Source: Lepidodermella squamata (lineage: Eukaryota; Animalia; Gastrotricha). From it: DNA of 64,000 nucleotides. The stretch's first letter is position 1. Every line of letters starts with the position of its first letter. The DNA lies in assembly GCA_047495785.1 (NCBI GenBank), contig JBLDXI010000046.1:1-64000 (forward strand). The letters are read 5' to 3'. The notes under the pieces were generated by a model. The model had not been told where the DNA came from, did no database searches, and saw only the letters and a program-made list of their open reading frames with translations. Below, one piece after another: positions 63,184 through 64,000 of the stretch. Both the position numbers and the translations under genes were made by a program.

Positions 63184-64000
63184 GTAATACAGCATGTCTT
63201 TCTTTCAAGGATTCAGTAGGTCCCATAATTAACCGACCAACGACCAAACCCAGGATGTCAAAACTTGAAACGCCTTTTTGCTTAGGGCATCAGGAATTTA
63301 GGGGAGTTTGATACTATGAAGTGATGGTGAAGCCTCAAAATTAAGAATTTAGAGGCAATAGCACCTAAACTCAGTGTGCGAAGTAGGATCCGGGAGCTGG
63401 GGTGTTTTCTACTTGTTTTCTAGGACCCAGCCGAGGGAACCAAAGGGTCCCCCCGTGGTTTTTCCAGCCTTTCTCTGGTTACAGTCCCGGAGCTGGGGTG
63501 TCGCGACACCCCAGCAATCATGTACTTCGCACCTTGCCTAAACTCTTTATCATGGCAAGGGGCAAGGGGCTCGTTCTTGTAACTTGAAAACGCAGCCACC
63601 TTGAAGGGGAGTTTGGGTCTTACTGGATCCACCTCTTGGAAGTTTCTAACTCTTAGGTTTCTGTAAACTTCCTATGAGCATAACTAGGTAGCGAAGTGGC
63701 GTTCTCTGTGGAAAAACTCCAAACTTTCAGTATGTAGCCTCCAAAAATCTTCGATCACCCTGGCAGATTATGAGCATTGCTGTCACGCCAAGCAACCATG
63801 CAACCTGGTCACATGACTTTGGGCAGTTAGAGTCTCTCCAAATTAACCACAAACCACAAGATAACAAAGATCAACATTACAAACGTCCAGGACTTTCAAA
63901 TCCCTTCATTGTGCCGTGGTAATAGGGGGTATCGTACCCCCCCTCCCTAGTCTGAAGCGAAGGTGGAAAACCGCAAAAAACCCCTGAAGGACCTTTCGGT

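Overview
Eukaryotic DNA from a compact, AT-rich invertebrate animal genome: short GT-AG introns, C-type lectins, Cys-loop channels and a Venus-flytrap receptor exon. The species cannot be identified from the sequence alone. Left part: a ~5.95 kb palindrome with ~2.84 kb arms whose spacer holds a 5'-truncated prolyl-3-hydroxylase-like gene; lineage-specific single-pass membrane genes with PPxY/PSAP tails; two tandem C-type-lectin genes; a galaxin-like Cys-Cys secreted protein; a C2H2 zinc-finger gene; and an intron-containing, bacterial-like SatP/GPR1-FUN34-YaaH acetate transporter (horizontal transfer candidate). Middle (25.9-40.6 kb): a nested transposon island bounded by DINE-1/Helentron-like termini. 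It holds a SINE, MITEs, RTE, CR1 and RLE-type LINE remnants, a decayed MULE-like element, and a full-length intron-containing Helitron that is itself interrupted by a tRNA-like, tandem-repeat MITE. Right part: a second zinc-finger gene, MULE-type MITEs, a LamG+EGF gene, two tandem non-alpha cation-type Cys-loop channel genes and the first exon of a GABA-B/ANF-receptor-like gene. Two tandem paralog pairs lie only ~70-85 bp apart with an unpaired splice acceptor before the downstream ATG, which suggests operons resolved by SL trans-splicing. All family assignments are by eye from motifs; no searches were run.
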